Shown here: one piece after another, positions 1 to 8,100 of the stretch
How the letters are laid out: each line of letters starts with the position of its first letter
How positions within the stretch are numbered: the stretch's first letter is position 1
Origin: Armatimonadota bacterium
Lineage (GTDB): Bacteria > Armatimonadota > Fimbriimonadia > Fimbriimonadales > Fimbriimonadaceae
Assembly (NCBI GenBank): GCA_031400935.1
Contig: JANNQV010000018.1
Coordinates: forward strand, 119,155-139,154
Direction of reading: 5' to 3'
DNA length: 20,000 bases
The notes under the pieces: generated by a model
The model's database searches: none
What the model saw: the letters and a program-made list of their open reading frames with translations, nothing else
What the model was told of the DNA's origin: nothing
Translations under genes and position numbers: made by a program

Positions 1-36
1 GCAGACGGATTCAATCGAGATGTTCGTCTGAAGCAT
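1..36 (-). CDS. 5' end of a gene running off the left edge (MLQTNISIESVC...)
   Basis: ATG at 36 on the minus strand, preceded by the SD-like GGAGAAGGA (complement of tccttctcc, 43-51). The frame is open to the window edge. Product unknown. Confidence 0.5.
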   Translation of the reverse strand, partial: MLQTNISIESVC

Positions 37-83
37 GTAATTTCCTTCTCCCGTCTTTCGATTCAGTCTTAGTCGCTCCGGTT

Positions 84-118
84 ACCGCTAACCGCCAACA
101 GCTAACTGCAAACCAAAA
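84..118. repeat. Degenerate 7-bp tandem repeat (ACCGCTA ACCGCCA ACAGCTA ACTGCAA ACCAAAA)
   Basis: Read directly. Its reverse complement (TAGCGGT/TGGCGGT/TAGCTGT) matches the heptamers at 5011-5045. Confidence 0.7.
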
Positions 119-126
119 AGTCCCGT

Positions 127-214
127 ACCACTTGCCAACAACTTGCCATCAACCTGCCGACCACGTGCAAACCACTTGCCGACTACCTACCGACTACCCG
201 CCAACAACCTGAAT
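127..214. repeat. Degenerate 11-bp tandem repeat, 7-8 copies, consensus ACNACYTGCCR
   Basis: Units: ACCACTTGCCA, ACAACTTGCCA, TCAACCTGCCG, ACCACGTGCAA, ACCACTTGCCG, ACTACCTACCG, ACTACCCGCCA, ACAACCTGAAT. The array overlaps the stop codon of the 194..1045 gene. Confidence 0.85.
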
Positions 215-1045
215 GGACTTCGCCATAGCCAGAATCGTCTCCGACGACTGGATTTCATAGCCTGGCCTGCAAAAAGTCATTGCACACCAAACGTTTTCAA
301 CGGAGTAAGCATAGAACAGGTTGGCTATAGAGACAACATGGCCCGGATCATTCTCCTCGCCAATGCTTAAAACGACTCTCAAAACGGGACACTCTTCGCC
401 TTCGATTTTTTCATGGGCTTCGATCCGCACTCGTCCGTTGCTATCCATAAAGCCGTTTTTGGGGCCGTTTCTAATATCTTCCAATTCGCTCAACATTGCT
501 TCAATTGAGCCGTTTTCCGATTTTGGCAGGAGGAAAAGCTGCGTGGCGAGTCCAGCTTCATCGTCTGGAGTACCGACTTTCGGCATAAGGAATTGAATGT
601 CTATGGGAGCGTTCGTTCCGGATAGAAGTTGATCGAAGTTGTTTCCAGTCATTCTCATCGAACTTTCAAACGTAGTCCTGTCTGCGACTGTCCAATTTGG
701 AGGCACGATCATTGAAAAATGAGAGCCAACCATTGTCCGTTCCACTTGCTGCAATTCGCCTGAAACCCAGCCGTTCGAGCTATCTGAACCGATATTCGTA
801 TCCTGCTTTTTTTCGCGGGTGACGTAATCGTATAGCTGAACAGAAGCAGCGAGTCCACCAATCAGCGTCGCCAAAGTCACGAGAACCAAAATGACTTTGT
901 TTCCAAAACTACGAGCCGGCCTTGATTCGCGAGCAATTTTCGCTTGAGTAAAGTTCATTACAGGCTCGGCATTCGGCGGGGAGACCGGCTTATTCTCGCT
1001 GACTTCCACTGTTTCCGGAACTCGATCTTCGTTGTCCACAACCAT
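194..1045 (-). CDS. Hypothetical single-pass membrane protein; C-terminal domain possibly PsbP/DcrB-like
   Basis: 283-aa ORF with one hydrophobic segment (VILVLVTLATLIGGLAASVQLY). FSMIVPPNWTV resembles the first strand of PsbP-like folds (inference). Start codon uncertain. Confidence 0.7.
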   Translation of the reverse strand: MVVDNEDRVPETVEVSENKPVSPPNAEPVMNFTQAKIARESRPARSFGNKVILVLVTLATLIGGLAASVQLYDYVTREKKQDTNIGSDSSNGWVSGELQQVERTMVGSHFSMIVPPNWTVADRTTFESSMRMTGNNFDQLLSGTNAPIDIQFLMPKVGTPDDEAGLATQLFLLPKSENGSIEAMLSELEDIRNGPKNGFMDSNGRVRIEAHEKIEGEECPVLRVVLSIGEENDPGHVVSIANLFYAYSVENVWCAMTFCRPGYEIQSSETILAMAKSIQVVGG

Positions 1046-1091
1046 AGTTTACAAAAGTTATGGGAATTAAGCAATGCAAAATGATGGATAA

Positions 1092-1120
1092 GGTAACGAC
1101 GTTGGTTCTCCTTCGTCTGA
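1092..1120 (+). promoter_or_regulatory. Putative ECF sigma promoter GGTAAC-N16-CGTCTGA
   Basis: AAC ends at 1097 and CGT starts at 1114, giving the AAC-N16-CGT spacing typical of ECF promoters. The predicted TSS falls at about the ATG at 1126. Confidence 0.45.
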
Positions 1121-1125
1121 AAACT

Positions 1126-1422
1126 ATGGTCAGAATTCTGTTCGCAATCGTTGCAATGGCATCCACAACAATCGTTTTTGCCCAAAGTTCGACGGTGCTC
1201 CCGGTGAAGCGTACGCCGTTTCGCCTCAAAATCCGAAGCGCAGACCCATGGTTTGTAAAAGCCATGCTCGAAGGACTTCCGATGACTCAAAGCGAAATCA
1301 GTACAATTCCCGGGTTCGGCGGTCTTGGCTCGGCAGTTTCCCAAGGAATGTCCAAGATGTTTGAAGGCGGTCACTTGATCGTGAATCCAACAGATAACAG
1401 CCTTTGGTTCATTCCTGATTAG
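1126..1422 (+). CDS. Small secreted hypothetical protein, stand-alone NolW/secretin N-domain-like
   Basis: Starting from ATG 1126 gives a signal peptide (MVRILFAIVAMASTTIVFA-Q). RLKIRSADP...AML and LIVNPTDNSLWF resemble the two conserved ends of the NolW-like domain. Confidence 0.7.
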   Translation: MVRILFAIVAMASTTIVFAQSSTVLPVKRTPFRLKIRSADPWFVKAMLEGLPMTQSEISTIPGFGGLGSAVSQGMSKMFEGGHLIVNPTDNSLWFIPD

Positions 1423-1425
1423 ATC

Positions 1426-3897
1426 TTACTCATCCCCGTCTACGCCTTCCGCCAAGTCAACATCCCCGTCATCTTCACCCTGAATGATCCTTGCAATGTT
1501 TCGAACTTGATCACCAGCAGCCAAGTCAATCAGCTTCACGCCTTGCGCGATTCTTCCAACCAGGCGAATGCCGTTCACCTTCATTCGGATGCCCTTGCCT
1601 TGTGTGGTCATGAGAAGCAGGCGATCATCGTCGCTGACAACTTCTGCGCCAATGATCACCCCGGTTTTCGCGGTGACATTCATCGTAAGGATGCCAGAAC
1701 CGCCACGACCTTGAACGCGATATTCGTCAAGATTCGTTCGCTTGCCGTAGCCGTTTGCGCCTACTACGAGAAGGGTCATATCGGGCTGAATGATGTCCGC
1801 CGAAACCAGCGCATCGTCGCCGCGCATCCTCATTGCCCTCACTCCGCCAGCTTGGCGTCCTCGTGAACGCGCTTGTGTTTCGTTGAAGCGGATAGATTGG
1901 CCTTCGCGAGTAACGCAAATCACGTCGTCGGTTCCACGAGTTCGCAAAACCCAGCCAAGTTCGTCGCCTTCCTCGATGTCAAATGCATTGATTCCGTTTG
2001 ATCGAATGTTGCCAAACTTGTTCAGCTCCGTTCGTTTGATCTCCGCCTTGCGAGTAATCATCGTCAGGAAGCCTTCCGCATTGATATCCTTAACGCTGAC
2101 AGTTGCCGTCACTCGGTCATCACTTTCAATGGCAATGTAATTGATAACCGGCATTCCCTTGGCATAGCGGCCATTTTCAGGAATGTCATAGGCGCGAAGC
2201 TTATGAACCCGTCCTCGATTTGTAAAGAACAAAATATAGTGGTGCGTATTCACCTGGAAGAGGTGCGCTGGCTCGTCGTCTGCCTTTTGGGTGTTGTTCA
2301 CTCCCTTTCCACCGCGCTTTTGCTGCCGCCAGGCGTCTATGCTGACCCGCTTAATATAGCCGTCTCGGGAGATGGAAATGATACATTCTTCTTCTGGAAT
2401 CAGGTCTTCTTCGCTGAAATCTCCCGCTTCGCGGGCGATGATTCGAGTTCGCCGTTCGTCGCCGTGCTTGTCTCGCATTGCGATGACTTCATCGGTCAAA
2501 ACCCGTGTCGAACGAACTTTGTCATTCAAAATATCCAATAGGTTTTGAACCCGAAGCAGAGCATCCTTGTACTTGTTTTCAAGTTCTTGCTGCGAAAGAC
2601 GGGTCAATTGCCTCAACGCCATCGCAAGCACTGCATTGGCTTGGTAGGGCGACATACCAAACTTTCGAACCAAATTCACACGGGCTGTCGGAACGTCGTC
2701 TGAATCGCGAATTGTCTGAATGACCTCATCGAGGAACCTTCGTGCGATTTGGTAACCCTCGTTCAGGTGGACTTCGTCAAATGCCCTAGCCAATTCGTAA
2801 CGAGTTCTTCTTTCGATGACCGATCTGCGGTGAGCGATGTATTCATCGAGCAAAATCGGGAGCGGCGAAGTTCGCGGGGCGCCATCAACAAGCGAAAGCA
2901 TGATGCAGCCGAAACTGGTTCGCAATGGCGTGTGTTTGAGAAGATAGTTCAGGGCCTTGTTCGGGTTCACGTCGCGGCGAAGGCTGACCTCAACCCTCAT
3001 TCCGCGCTTGTCAGAATAGTCCTGAACGTCAGTGATCCCGTCAAACTTCTTGTTCTTGCCAATGTCTGCGATGTACTTGACCAAGCTTTCTTTTTTGACT
3101 TGATATGGAATTTCGGTAATGACGATGGACGATTTGCCCATTTCGCCAGGCTCGATCATCGTTTTGGCTTGCATGACAACAGAACCGCGGCCCGTTGTAT
3201 AGGCGCTCTTGATTCCGTTGGTGCCCATAATCGTTCCGTAAGTTGGAAAATCTGGGCCGGGCATGACTTCCATTATCTCTTCGAGCGAGCAATCCGGATT
3301 GTCCACACGCATTAATATCGCATTGGAAACTTCGGTGAGGTTGTGCGGAGGCATATTCGTCGCCATGCCAACTGCGATTCCTTGCGAACCGTTGCAAAGC
3401 AGATTCGGGAATTTGCCTGTCAGAACCATAGGCTCATTTAGTGTTTGGCTATAGTTCAGAACCCAATCAACCGTTTCTTTGTCAAGGTCTTCCAGCATTT
3501 CCATCGCGAGTGGCGAAAGGCGGCATTCGGTATATCGCATAGCGGCGGCCCCGTCGCCATCAATCGAGCCGAAATTCCCTTGACCTTCAATCAGCGGATA
3601 TCGCAACGACCAGGGCTGCGCCATTCGAACGAGGGTTGGATAAATAACAGCTTCGCCGTGCGGGTGGAAGTTGCCCATGGTTTCACCGCAAACCTTGGCG
3701 CATTTGGCATAGCCTGAATCCGAAGTGAGATTTAGCTCGCGCATCGCGTACAGAATTCGGCGTTGAACGGGTTTTAATCCATCGCGAACATCTGGAAGTG
3801 CGCGGGCAATAATGACGCTGAGAGCGTAGTTAACGTAGCAACGACTGAGTTCGTCGTCAACGTTGACCATTTGTATTTTAAGATCGTGTTCGGCCAC
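1426..3897 (-). CDS. gyrA: DNA gyrase subunit A
   Basis: RALPDVRDGLKPVQRRIL, HPHG, catalytic AAMRYTE, GyrA-box QKRGGKG, C-terminal beta-pinwheel repeats and an acidic tail. GTG start with a GAGGA SD. Confidence 0.98.
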   Translation of the reverse strand: MAEHDLKIQMVNVDDELSRCYVNYALSVIIARALPDVRDGLKPVQRRILYAMRELNLTSDSGYAKCAKVCGETMGNFHPHGEAVIYPTLVRMAQPWSLRYPLIEGQGNFGSIDGDGAAAMRYTECRLSPLAMEMLEDLDKETVDWVLNYSQTLNEPMVLTGKFPNLLCNGSQGIAVGMATNMPPHNLTEVSNAILMRVDNPDCSLEEIMEVMPGPDFPTYGTIMGTNGIKSAYTTGRGSVVMQAKTMIEPGEMGKSSIVITEIPYQVKKESLVKYIADIGKNKKFDGITDVQDYSDKRGMRVEVSLRRDVNPNKALNYLLKHTPLRTSFGCIMLSLVDGAPRTSPLPILLDEYIAHRRSVIERRTRYELARAFDEVHLNEGYQIARRFLDEVIQTIRDSDDVPTARVNLVRKFGMSPYQANAVLAMALRQLTRLSQQELENKYKDALLRVQNLLDILNDKVRSTRVLTDEVIAMRDKHGDERRTRIIAREAGDFSEEDLIPEEECIISISRDGYIKRVSIDAWRQQKRGGKGVNNTQKADDEPAHLFQVNTHHYILFFTNRGRVHKLRAYDIPENGRYAKGMPVINYIAIESDDRVTATVSVKDINAEGFLTMITRKAEIKRTELNKFGNIRSNGINAFDIEEGDELGWVLRTRGTDDVICVTREGQSIRFNETQARSRGRQAGGVRAMRMRGDDALVSADIIQPDMTLLVVGANGYGKRTNLDEYRVQGRGGSGILTMNVTAKTGVIIGAEVVSDDDRLLLMTTQGKGIRMKVNGIRLVGRIAQGVKLIDLAAGDQVRNIARIIQGEDDGDVDLAEGVDGDE

Positions 3898-4030
3898 AGG
3901 TGAAAGTCCTCAAAAGGTGCATCGGCTCGGTTTCGCGATGCGGCTGGGAATGATCGTTAATTTTACCCAGAAATGCACATTTTCAACTTAGAGACGTGTT
4001 GTAACCAATACGTGCGTCACAATCTGAGAC

Positions 4031-5041
4031 ATGAAAGTTTTGGTAATTGGCGGAACCCGATTTGTGGGGCGACATTTGGTCGAGGCGTTGCTGGCTGGGA
4101 ATCACGAAGTCACCCTCTTTCACCGCGGGCAAACCGGGGCAGATTTGTTCGAAGGAAGTGTTCAGCGAGTCATTGGAGACCGAAATTCCGAACTTTCAAA
4201 CCTGGGAGATGCTGACTTAGATGCAGTGATTGACACATGCGCTTACCGGCCATCTCAGGTTCGCTCTGCGATACAGGCTCTTTCGGGCAAGGTGAAGTTT
4301 TATCTCCTGATCTCAACCGTAAGTGTTTATGATCCTGATTCTGCCCCGGTCTTAGAGGATTCGAAAAAATACGAACCGAATTGGAATAATGCCGCTGAGA
4401 TCACTGGCGAAACCTACGGCCCACTCAAAGTTGCGTGCGAAATGGCACTACTTAAAGGCAAAGGCTCGTTTAAGAATGGAGTTTGCATTCTCCGTCCTGG
4501 GCTTATCGTCGGGCCGCACGACCATACGGATCGGTTTACCTATTGGCTCGCGAGAATTCACGCTGGCGGAGATGTTTTGATTCCTGATGACGATGAGGCA
4601 ACGACGCAGTTCATTGATGCTCGTGATTTGGCAGCTTTTATGGTTCGGTGCGTCGAGAATTCGACGACTGGGACAATGAACGCCGTCGGCCCTGCCTCAC
4701 AAATTCGATTCAAACAATTACTTGAGTTGGCTCAGGGGCTGATCAATCCAATGGCACAGCTTTGCCCGATTCCAGTTTCTGCACTACAAGAATCCGGAAT
4801 CAAACCCTGGTCAGACCTTCCACACTATTCGAGTTTTGATCCAAATGATCGAGCCATAGACCACGTTTCTTGCGACCTGGCAAAGCATGTTGGCTTGGTT
4901 CATCGTTCAGTTGAAGAGACAATTGTTGATACGATTGGCTGGTGGACTTCCGAGCGGGCAAGTGAGCCGCAAAGGGCTGGAATGAGTCGGGAACGCGAGG
5001 CAGAAGTGATTGCTGGTTGGCGGTCATCAGTTAGCAGTTAG
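4031..5041 (+). CDS. NAD-dependent epimerase/dehydratase (extended/atypical SDR, isoflavone-reductase-like)
   Basis: GGTRFVG Rossmann motif, ISTVSVY, YGPLK (YxxxK), LRPGLIVGPHDHTDRFTYW. Confidence 0.93.
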   Translation: MKVLVIGGTRFVGRHLVEALLAGNHEVTLFHRGQTGADLFEGSVQRVIGDRNSELSNLGDADLDAVIDTCAYRPSQVRSAIQALSGKVKFYLLISTVSVYDPDSAPVLEDSKKYEPNWNNAAEITGETYGPLKVACEMALLKGKGSFKNGVCILRPGLIVGPHDHTDRFTYWLARIHAGGDVLIPDDDEATTQFIDARDLAAFMVRCVENSTTGTMNAVGPASQIRFKQLLELAQGLINPMAQLCPIPVSALQESGIKPWSDLPHYSSFDPNDRAIDHVSCDLAKHVGLVHRSVEETIVDTIGWWTSERASEPQRAGMSREREAEVIAGWRSSVSS

Positions 5042-5045
5042 CGGT
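5011..5045. repeat. Degenerate 7-bp tandem repeat (TGCTGGT TGGCGGT CATCAGT TAGCAGT TAGCGGT)
   Basis: Read directly. It contains the TAG stop of the epimerase and belongs to the same family as 84-118. Confidence 0.65.
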
Positions 5046-5060
5046 CTGCGGCGAGCGGCT

Positions 5061-5131
5061 CCTTCCCCCGTCAAGCCACTAATTTCCAGGGATTTCGGTC
5101 TTTCATTGACGGGGGAAGGTTGGGATGGGGG
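5061..5131. repeat. REP-like palindrome CCTTCCCCCGTCAA...TTGACGGGGGAAGG-TTGGGATGGGGG
   Basis: Perfect 14-bp inverted repeat (5061-5074 / 5106-5119) followed by a G-rich tail, as in CCCTCCCC...GGGGAGGG-type palindromic elements. Confidence 0.8.
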
Positions 5132-5241
5132 CACAGTTCCGCCTTCTGCATTCATCCTCCTGCTCTCCCCGAGCCTGAAGAGCCTGAAATTTTGCGATTT
5201 GCAGGGGACGGAATCAATCTCCAAAGCGGACTGAAGTTTAG

Positions 5242-5335
5242 TGACTCCGAAGGAGTCAAAGCCTAATAGCCCGGAGACGAATCTGGGAGACTCCGGGTTC
5301 AACGGCCGTCCAAATGCCGCACCCTGGAGGGGTGC
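5242..5335. repeat. Three-hairpin REP-like element
   Basis: TGACTCC-GAA-GGAGTCA (5242-5258), AATAG then CCCGGAG...CTCCGGG (5270-5297), and GCACCC-TGGAG-GGGTGC (5319-5335). The layout resembles repeats found next to IS200/RAYT Y1 transposases (family resemblance, not a search result). Confidence 0.7.
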
Positions 5336-5394
5336 AAGAATCCGAACCATGCTTTTCTCAATGTTCACATGGTGGCTGGCGGATTGCAGTTTGT

Positions 5395-5446
5395 GGTCGG
5401 CGAGACGCCAGACCGACCCAGATGCGGGCGAGACGCCACGCGCTCC
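5395..5446. repeat. Two tandem GGCGAGACGCC REP-like hairpins
   Basis: GGTCGGCGAGACGCCAGACC (5395-5414) and GCGGGCGAGACGCCACGCGCTCC (5424-5446). Confidence 0.75.
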
Positions 5447-5489
5447 TTGGGCTGCGCAACATCCCCATACCCCGCACCCTTCCCAACAC

Positions 5490-5498
5490 TGTTACAAT
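5490..5498 (+). promoter_or_regulatory. Extended -10 promoter TGnTACAAT, probably giving a leaderless ubiX mRNA
   Basis: TG-T-TACAAT lies 7 nt before ATG 5506, and no SD is present. Confidence 0.55.
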
Positions 5499-5505
5499 GA
5501 ACCTA

Positions 5506-6123
5506 ATGTCTACGGGCAAAATAGTTGTGGGGGTTACGGGTGCAAGTGGAGCGATTTACGCTCAGCGATTCCTCAAATTTGCCGCCAAAAAGTTTGACGA
5601 AGTCTTCCTCATTCTCTCTGCCCAAGCAGAGCAGGTAGCTTCCGTAGAGCTTGGAATTACCATTTCGCGAGACAACCTCGACATCGAAAAATGGCTCGGC
5701 GAGCCTTTTGAAAACATCCGAATACTCGACGAAAAGAACTACTTCACACCTCCTGCTAGCGGCTCGTTTCGGCATGATGGAATGGTGATTATTCCTTGCA
5801 GCATGGGAACGGCGGGGCGAATTGCGAATGGAATCTCAAACGATCTTTTGACCCGTTCGGCCGATGTTTGCCTGAAAGAAAAACGCAAACTGATTCTTGT
5901 TCCTAGAGAGATGCCCTGGAATATAATTCACCTTCGAAACATGACCCAACTCGCAGAGGCAGGCGCAACCATTCTTCCGGCTTCGCCTGCATGGTATTCG
6001 AAACCGAAATCTTTAGAAGATTTGGCAGATACGGTCGTTGCGCGGGTGTTTCAGTCCTTAGGGGTTGAGCAAGATTTGCAGAAAGAGTGGATGGGGGAAG
6101 ACTTTGGGAGTGCGCGGGCTTGA
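5506..6123 (+). CDS. ubiX: Flavin prenyltransferase UbiX
   Basis: VVGVTGASG, ASGS, PCSMGT, RSADVCLKEKRKLILVPRE, HLRNM, ILPASPAWY. Start at 5506 (alternative 5497). The longer ORF from 5314 runs through repeat DNA. Confidence 0.95.
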   Translation: MSTGKIVVGVTGASGAIYAQRFLKFAAKKFDEVFLILSAQAEQVASVELGITISRDNLDIEKWLGEPFENIRILDEKNYFTPPASGSFRHDGMVIIPCSMGTAGRIANGISNDLLTRSADVCLKEKRKLILVPREMPWNIIHLRNMTQLAEAGATILPASPAWYSKPKSLEDLADTVVARVFQSLGVEQDLQKEWMGEDFGSARA

Positions 6124-6217
6124 TCGCGCTTTTTTTCGGAATTTGCACCGAACACTGGGTTCAATAGTCGTTAAGAAAGAGACAGCAAGAACGCGGTCAA
6201 GCCCGCGCACTCCCAAA
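6103..6217. repeat. REPIN/MITE-like element with 26-bp inverted repeats
   Basis: TTTGGGAGTGCGCGGGCTTGATCGCG (6103-6128) versus CGCGGTCAAGCCCGCGCACTCCCAAA (6192-6217), one mismatch. Each arm is itself a small hairpin. Confidence 0.88.
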
Positions 6218-6226
6218 AGCCCAAAC

Positions 6227-7141
6227 ATGAACCACCTCCAACATCGAATCGTACTTGCCGGAGGATCGGGCGATCTAGGAAGAGCCTTGATCGCCCACTT
6301 TCGTGCGATTGGAATTTCATCGGTCGTCCTTAGCCGAAGCGGCAATCCTGTAAATGGCTCAGTCAAATCGGTGAAGTGGCTAGACGGCAACGACGAATGG
6401 AACCAAGAGCTAGAAGGCGTGTTGGCAGTAGTCAACCTCTGCGGCGAGCCGATCGCTCAAAGATGGACGCAAGAAACTTTGAAGACCATTCGATCTTCAA
6501 GAGTCTGGCCGACCCATGAGATTGGAAGTGCTCTCCAATCCGCAAAGAATCCGCCTCGAATGTGGATCAACATGAGCGGCATCGGCTACTACGGAAATCG
6601 CGGCGACGAAGAACTGAATGAAAACTCAATGGTTGGCGACGGCCCAATATCCGAGATTTGCAAAGAATGGGAAGGGACTGCCATTTCGTCTTGCCCTAAC
6701 ACTATGAAACTCACAATACTGAGAGCTGGAGTCATCTTTCAACCAGGTCTCGGATTTTTGAACGAAATGGTCAAAGCCACCAAGCGTGGCGTGGGTGGCA
6801 GAATCGGGACTGGAAGGCAGTGGATCTCTTGGATTAGTATCCAAGATTTTTGCAGGGCAGTTGAGTTCATCATTGAAAACGAAATGGATGGGCCCATCAA
6901 CTTGTGCACCCCGAATCCTGTCCGCCAGGCCGAACTCTCGAAGTTCATGGTGGCAAAGACTGGGACGTTTTTCGCTCCGCCATCCCCAGAATTTCTGGTT
7001 CGGCTCATTTCGCCGAAAATGGGAATCGAGCCTGAACTGATTCTTAGCAGTACTAAGGTGATTCCGATGCGCTTGTCGAAAGCCGGGTTTTCATTTGAGA
7101 GCCCAGATTTGATGAGTTTGAGCCCCAACATTTTCGGATAA
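6227..7141 (+). CDS. TIGR01777 family oxidoreductase (YfcH-like epimerase family, DUF1731 C-terminus)
   Basis: AGGSGDLG, VVNLCGEPIAQRWT, SRV, SGIGYYG, CKEWE, GGRIGTGRQWISWI, GPINLCTPNPV. The true start is most likely ATG 6227, after the repeat. Confidence 0.93.
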   Translation: MNHLQHRIVLAGGSGDLGRALIAHFRAIGISSVVLSRSGNPVNGSVKSVKWLDGNDEWNQELEGVLAVVNLCGEPIAQRWTQETLKTIRSSRVWPTHEIGSALQSAKNPPRMWINMSGIGYYGNRGDEELNENSMVGDGPISEICKEWEGTAISSCPNTMKLTILRAGVIFQPGLGFLNEMVKATKRGVGGRIGTGRQWISWISIQDFCRAVEFIIENEMDGPINLCTPNPVRQAELSKFMVAKTGTFFAPPSPEFLVRLISPKMGIEPELILSSTKVIPMRLSKAGFSFESPDLMSLSPNIFG

Positions 7142-7156
7142 ATCCATGCTTCTTCT

Positions 7157-7182
7157 GGAACAGTTTCGAACCAGATTGCGTT
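7157..7182 (+). promoter_or_regulatory. Putative stress ECF sigma promoter GGAAC-N18-GTT upstream of htpX
   Basis: GGAAC at 7157-7161, 18 nt, then GTT at 7180-7182. This matches the SigH/SigR-type consensus GGAAY-N18-GTT. Confidence 0.55.
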
Positions 7183-7219
7183 AAGATAAGTAACGGAACA
7201 TACACGAACAATCTGAAAT

Positions 7220-7242
7220 CTTGGGCAGGATGCCCAAGCTAC
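7220..7242 (-). repeat. GTAG-family REP hairpin (GTAG-CTTGGGCA-TCC-TGCCCAAG)
   Basis: Perfect 8-bp stem with a 3-nt loop, preceded by GTAG on the minus strand. Confidence 0.75.
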
Positions 7243-7256
7243 TTCCGGAAAGAAAA

Positions 7257-8096
7257 ATGAGCACAGTAAAAGTTGGAATCTTGTTAGTCGCGCTTACGGC
7301 GCTGTTTCTCTTCATCGGCCGAATGGTCGGAGGGCAAATTGGAATGTTTGTCGCCCTTGGCTTAGCCATCGCCATGAACATTGGAACCTATTGGTTCAGC
7401 GATAAATTGGTGTTGAAAATGACCAAAGCAGAACCCGTAGACCCCGCCAAAGCACCTGAACTCGTGGCAATGATCGAACGACTTTCCAAGCGAGCGGGAA
7501 TTCCAACGCCACGCCTCTATGTCGTAAACGACCCTTCGCCGAACGCATTTGCAACTGGAAGAAACCCAGAACATGGAGTTGTTGCTGTCAATACAGGCTT
7601 GCTCCAAATCCTCGATCAATCAGAAGTAGAAGGTGTAATCGCACATGAACTGGCGCACATCAAGCACCGAGACACATTGACGATGGCAATTGTGGCTTCC
7701 ATCGCAGGAGCGGTAATGACGCTAGCTTTCATCGCTCGATTCGCCGCATTTTTCGGGGGCGGCGATGAAGAAGGTGGCGGAAATATATTTGTCATGCTTC
7801 TAGTTGCCTTAATCGCTCCGTTGGCGGCGACAATGGTTCAGCTTGGCATTTCCAGAGCCCGCGAATATGAAGCAGACCGGATGGGAGCCGAAATCGCCGG
7901 GACGCCTTCGGGGCTGGCGGGAGCATTGCGAAAACTAGAAATGGGAGTCGAAATGAAGCCCAGCCACATGCCGCCTGCTGCGGCTCACATGTGCATCGTA
8001 AATCCTTTTGGCGGCGGTGCTGGACTGATGAACCTTTTTCGAACTCATCCTTCGACTGAAGATCGGATTCGAAGGCTTAACGAGATGACGCCCTGA
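7257..8096 (+). CDS. htpX: Zinc metalloprotease HtpX (peptidase M48)
   Basis: PNAFATG, HELAH (HExxH), ISRAREYEAD, THP and four hydrophobic segments. Start at ATG 7257. Confidence 0.96.
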   Translation: MSTVKVGILLVALTALFLFIGRMVGGQIGMFVALGLAIAMNIGTYWFSDKLVLKMTKAEPVDPAKAPELVAMIERLSKRAGIPTPRLYVVNDPSPNAFATGRNPEHGVVAVNTGLLQILDQSEVEGVIAHELAHIKHRDTLTMAIVASIAGAVMTLAFIARFAAFFGGGDEEGGGNIFVMLLVALIAPLAATMVQLGISRAREYEADRMGAEIAGTPSGLAGALRKLEMGVEMKPSHMPPAAAHMCIVNPFGGGAGLMNLFRTHPSTEDRIRRLNEMTP

Positions 8097-8100
8097 ACGG

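Noticed and set aside
143..370. 75-aa plus-strand ORF with repetitive N-terminus
   Set aside because: It is a product of the 11-bp repeat and lies antisense to the 194..1045 gene.
1426..3897. parC (topoisomerase IV)
   Set aside because: An intact GyrA-box (QKRGGKG) and an acidic tail indicate gyrase.
5010..5597. ORFs 5010..5234, 5027..5368, 5241..5597 and the ubiX extension from 5314
   Set aside because: They are translations of palindromic repeat DNA with no protein-like features.
5506..6123. ubiX without adjacent ubiD as a novel pathway
   Set aside because: Unlinked ubiX and ubiD/mqnL genes are common.
6065..6226. N-terminal extension of the TIGR01777 ORF
   Set aside because: It runs through the REPIN and overlaps ubiX. 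Family similarity starts after ATG 6227.
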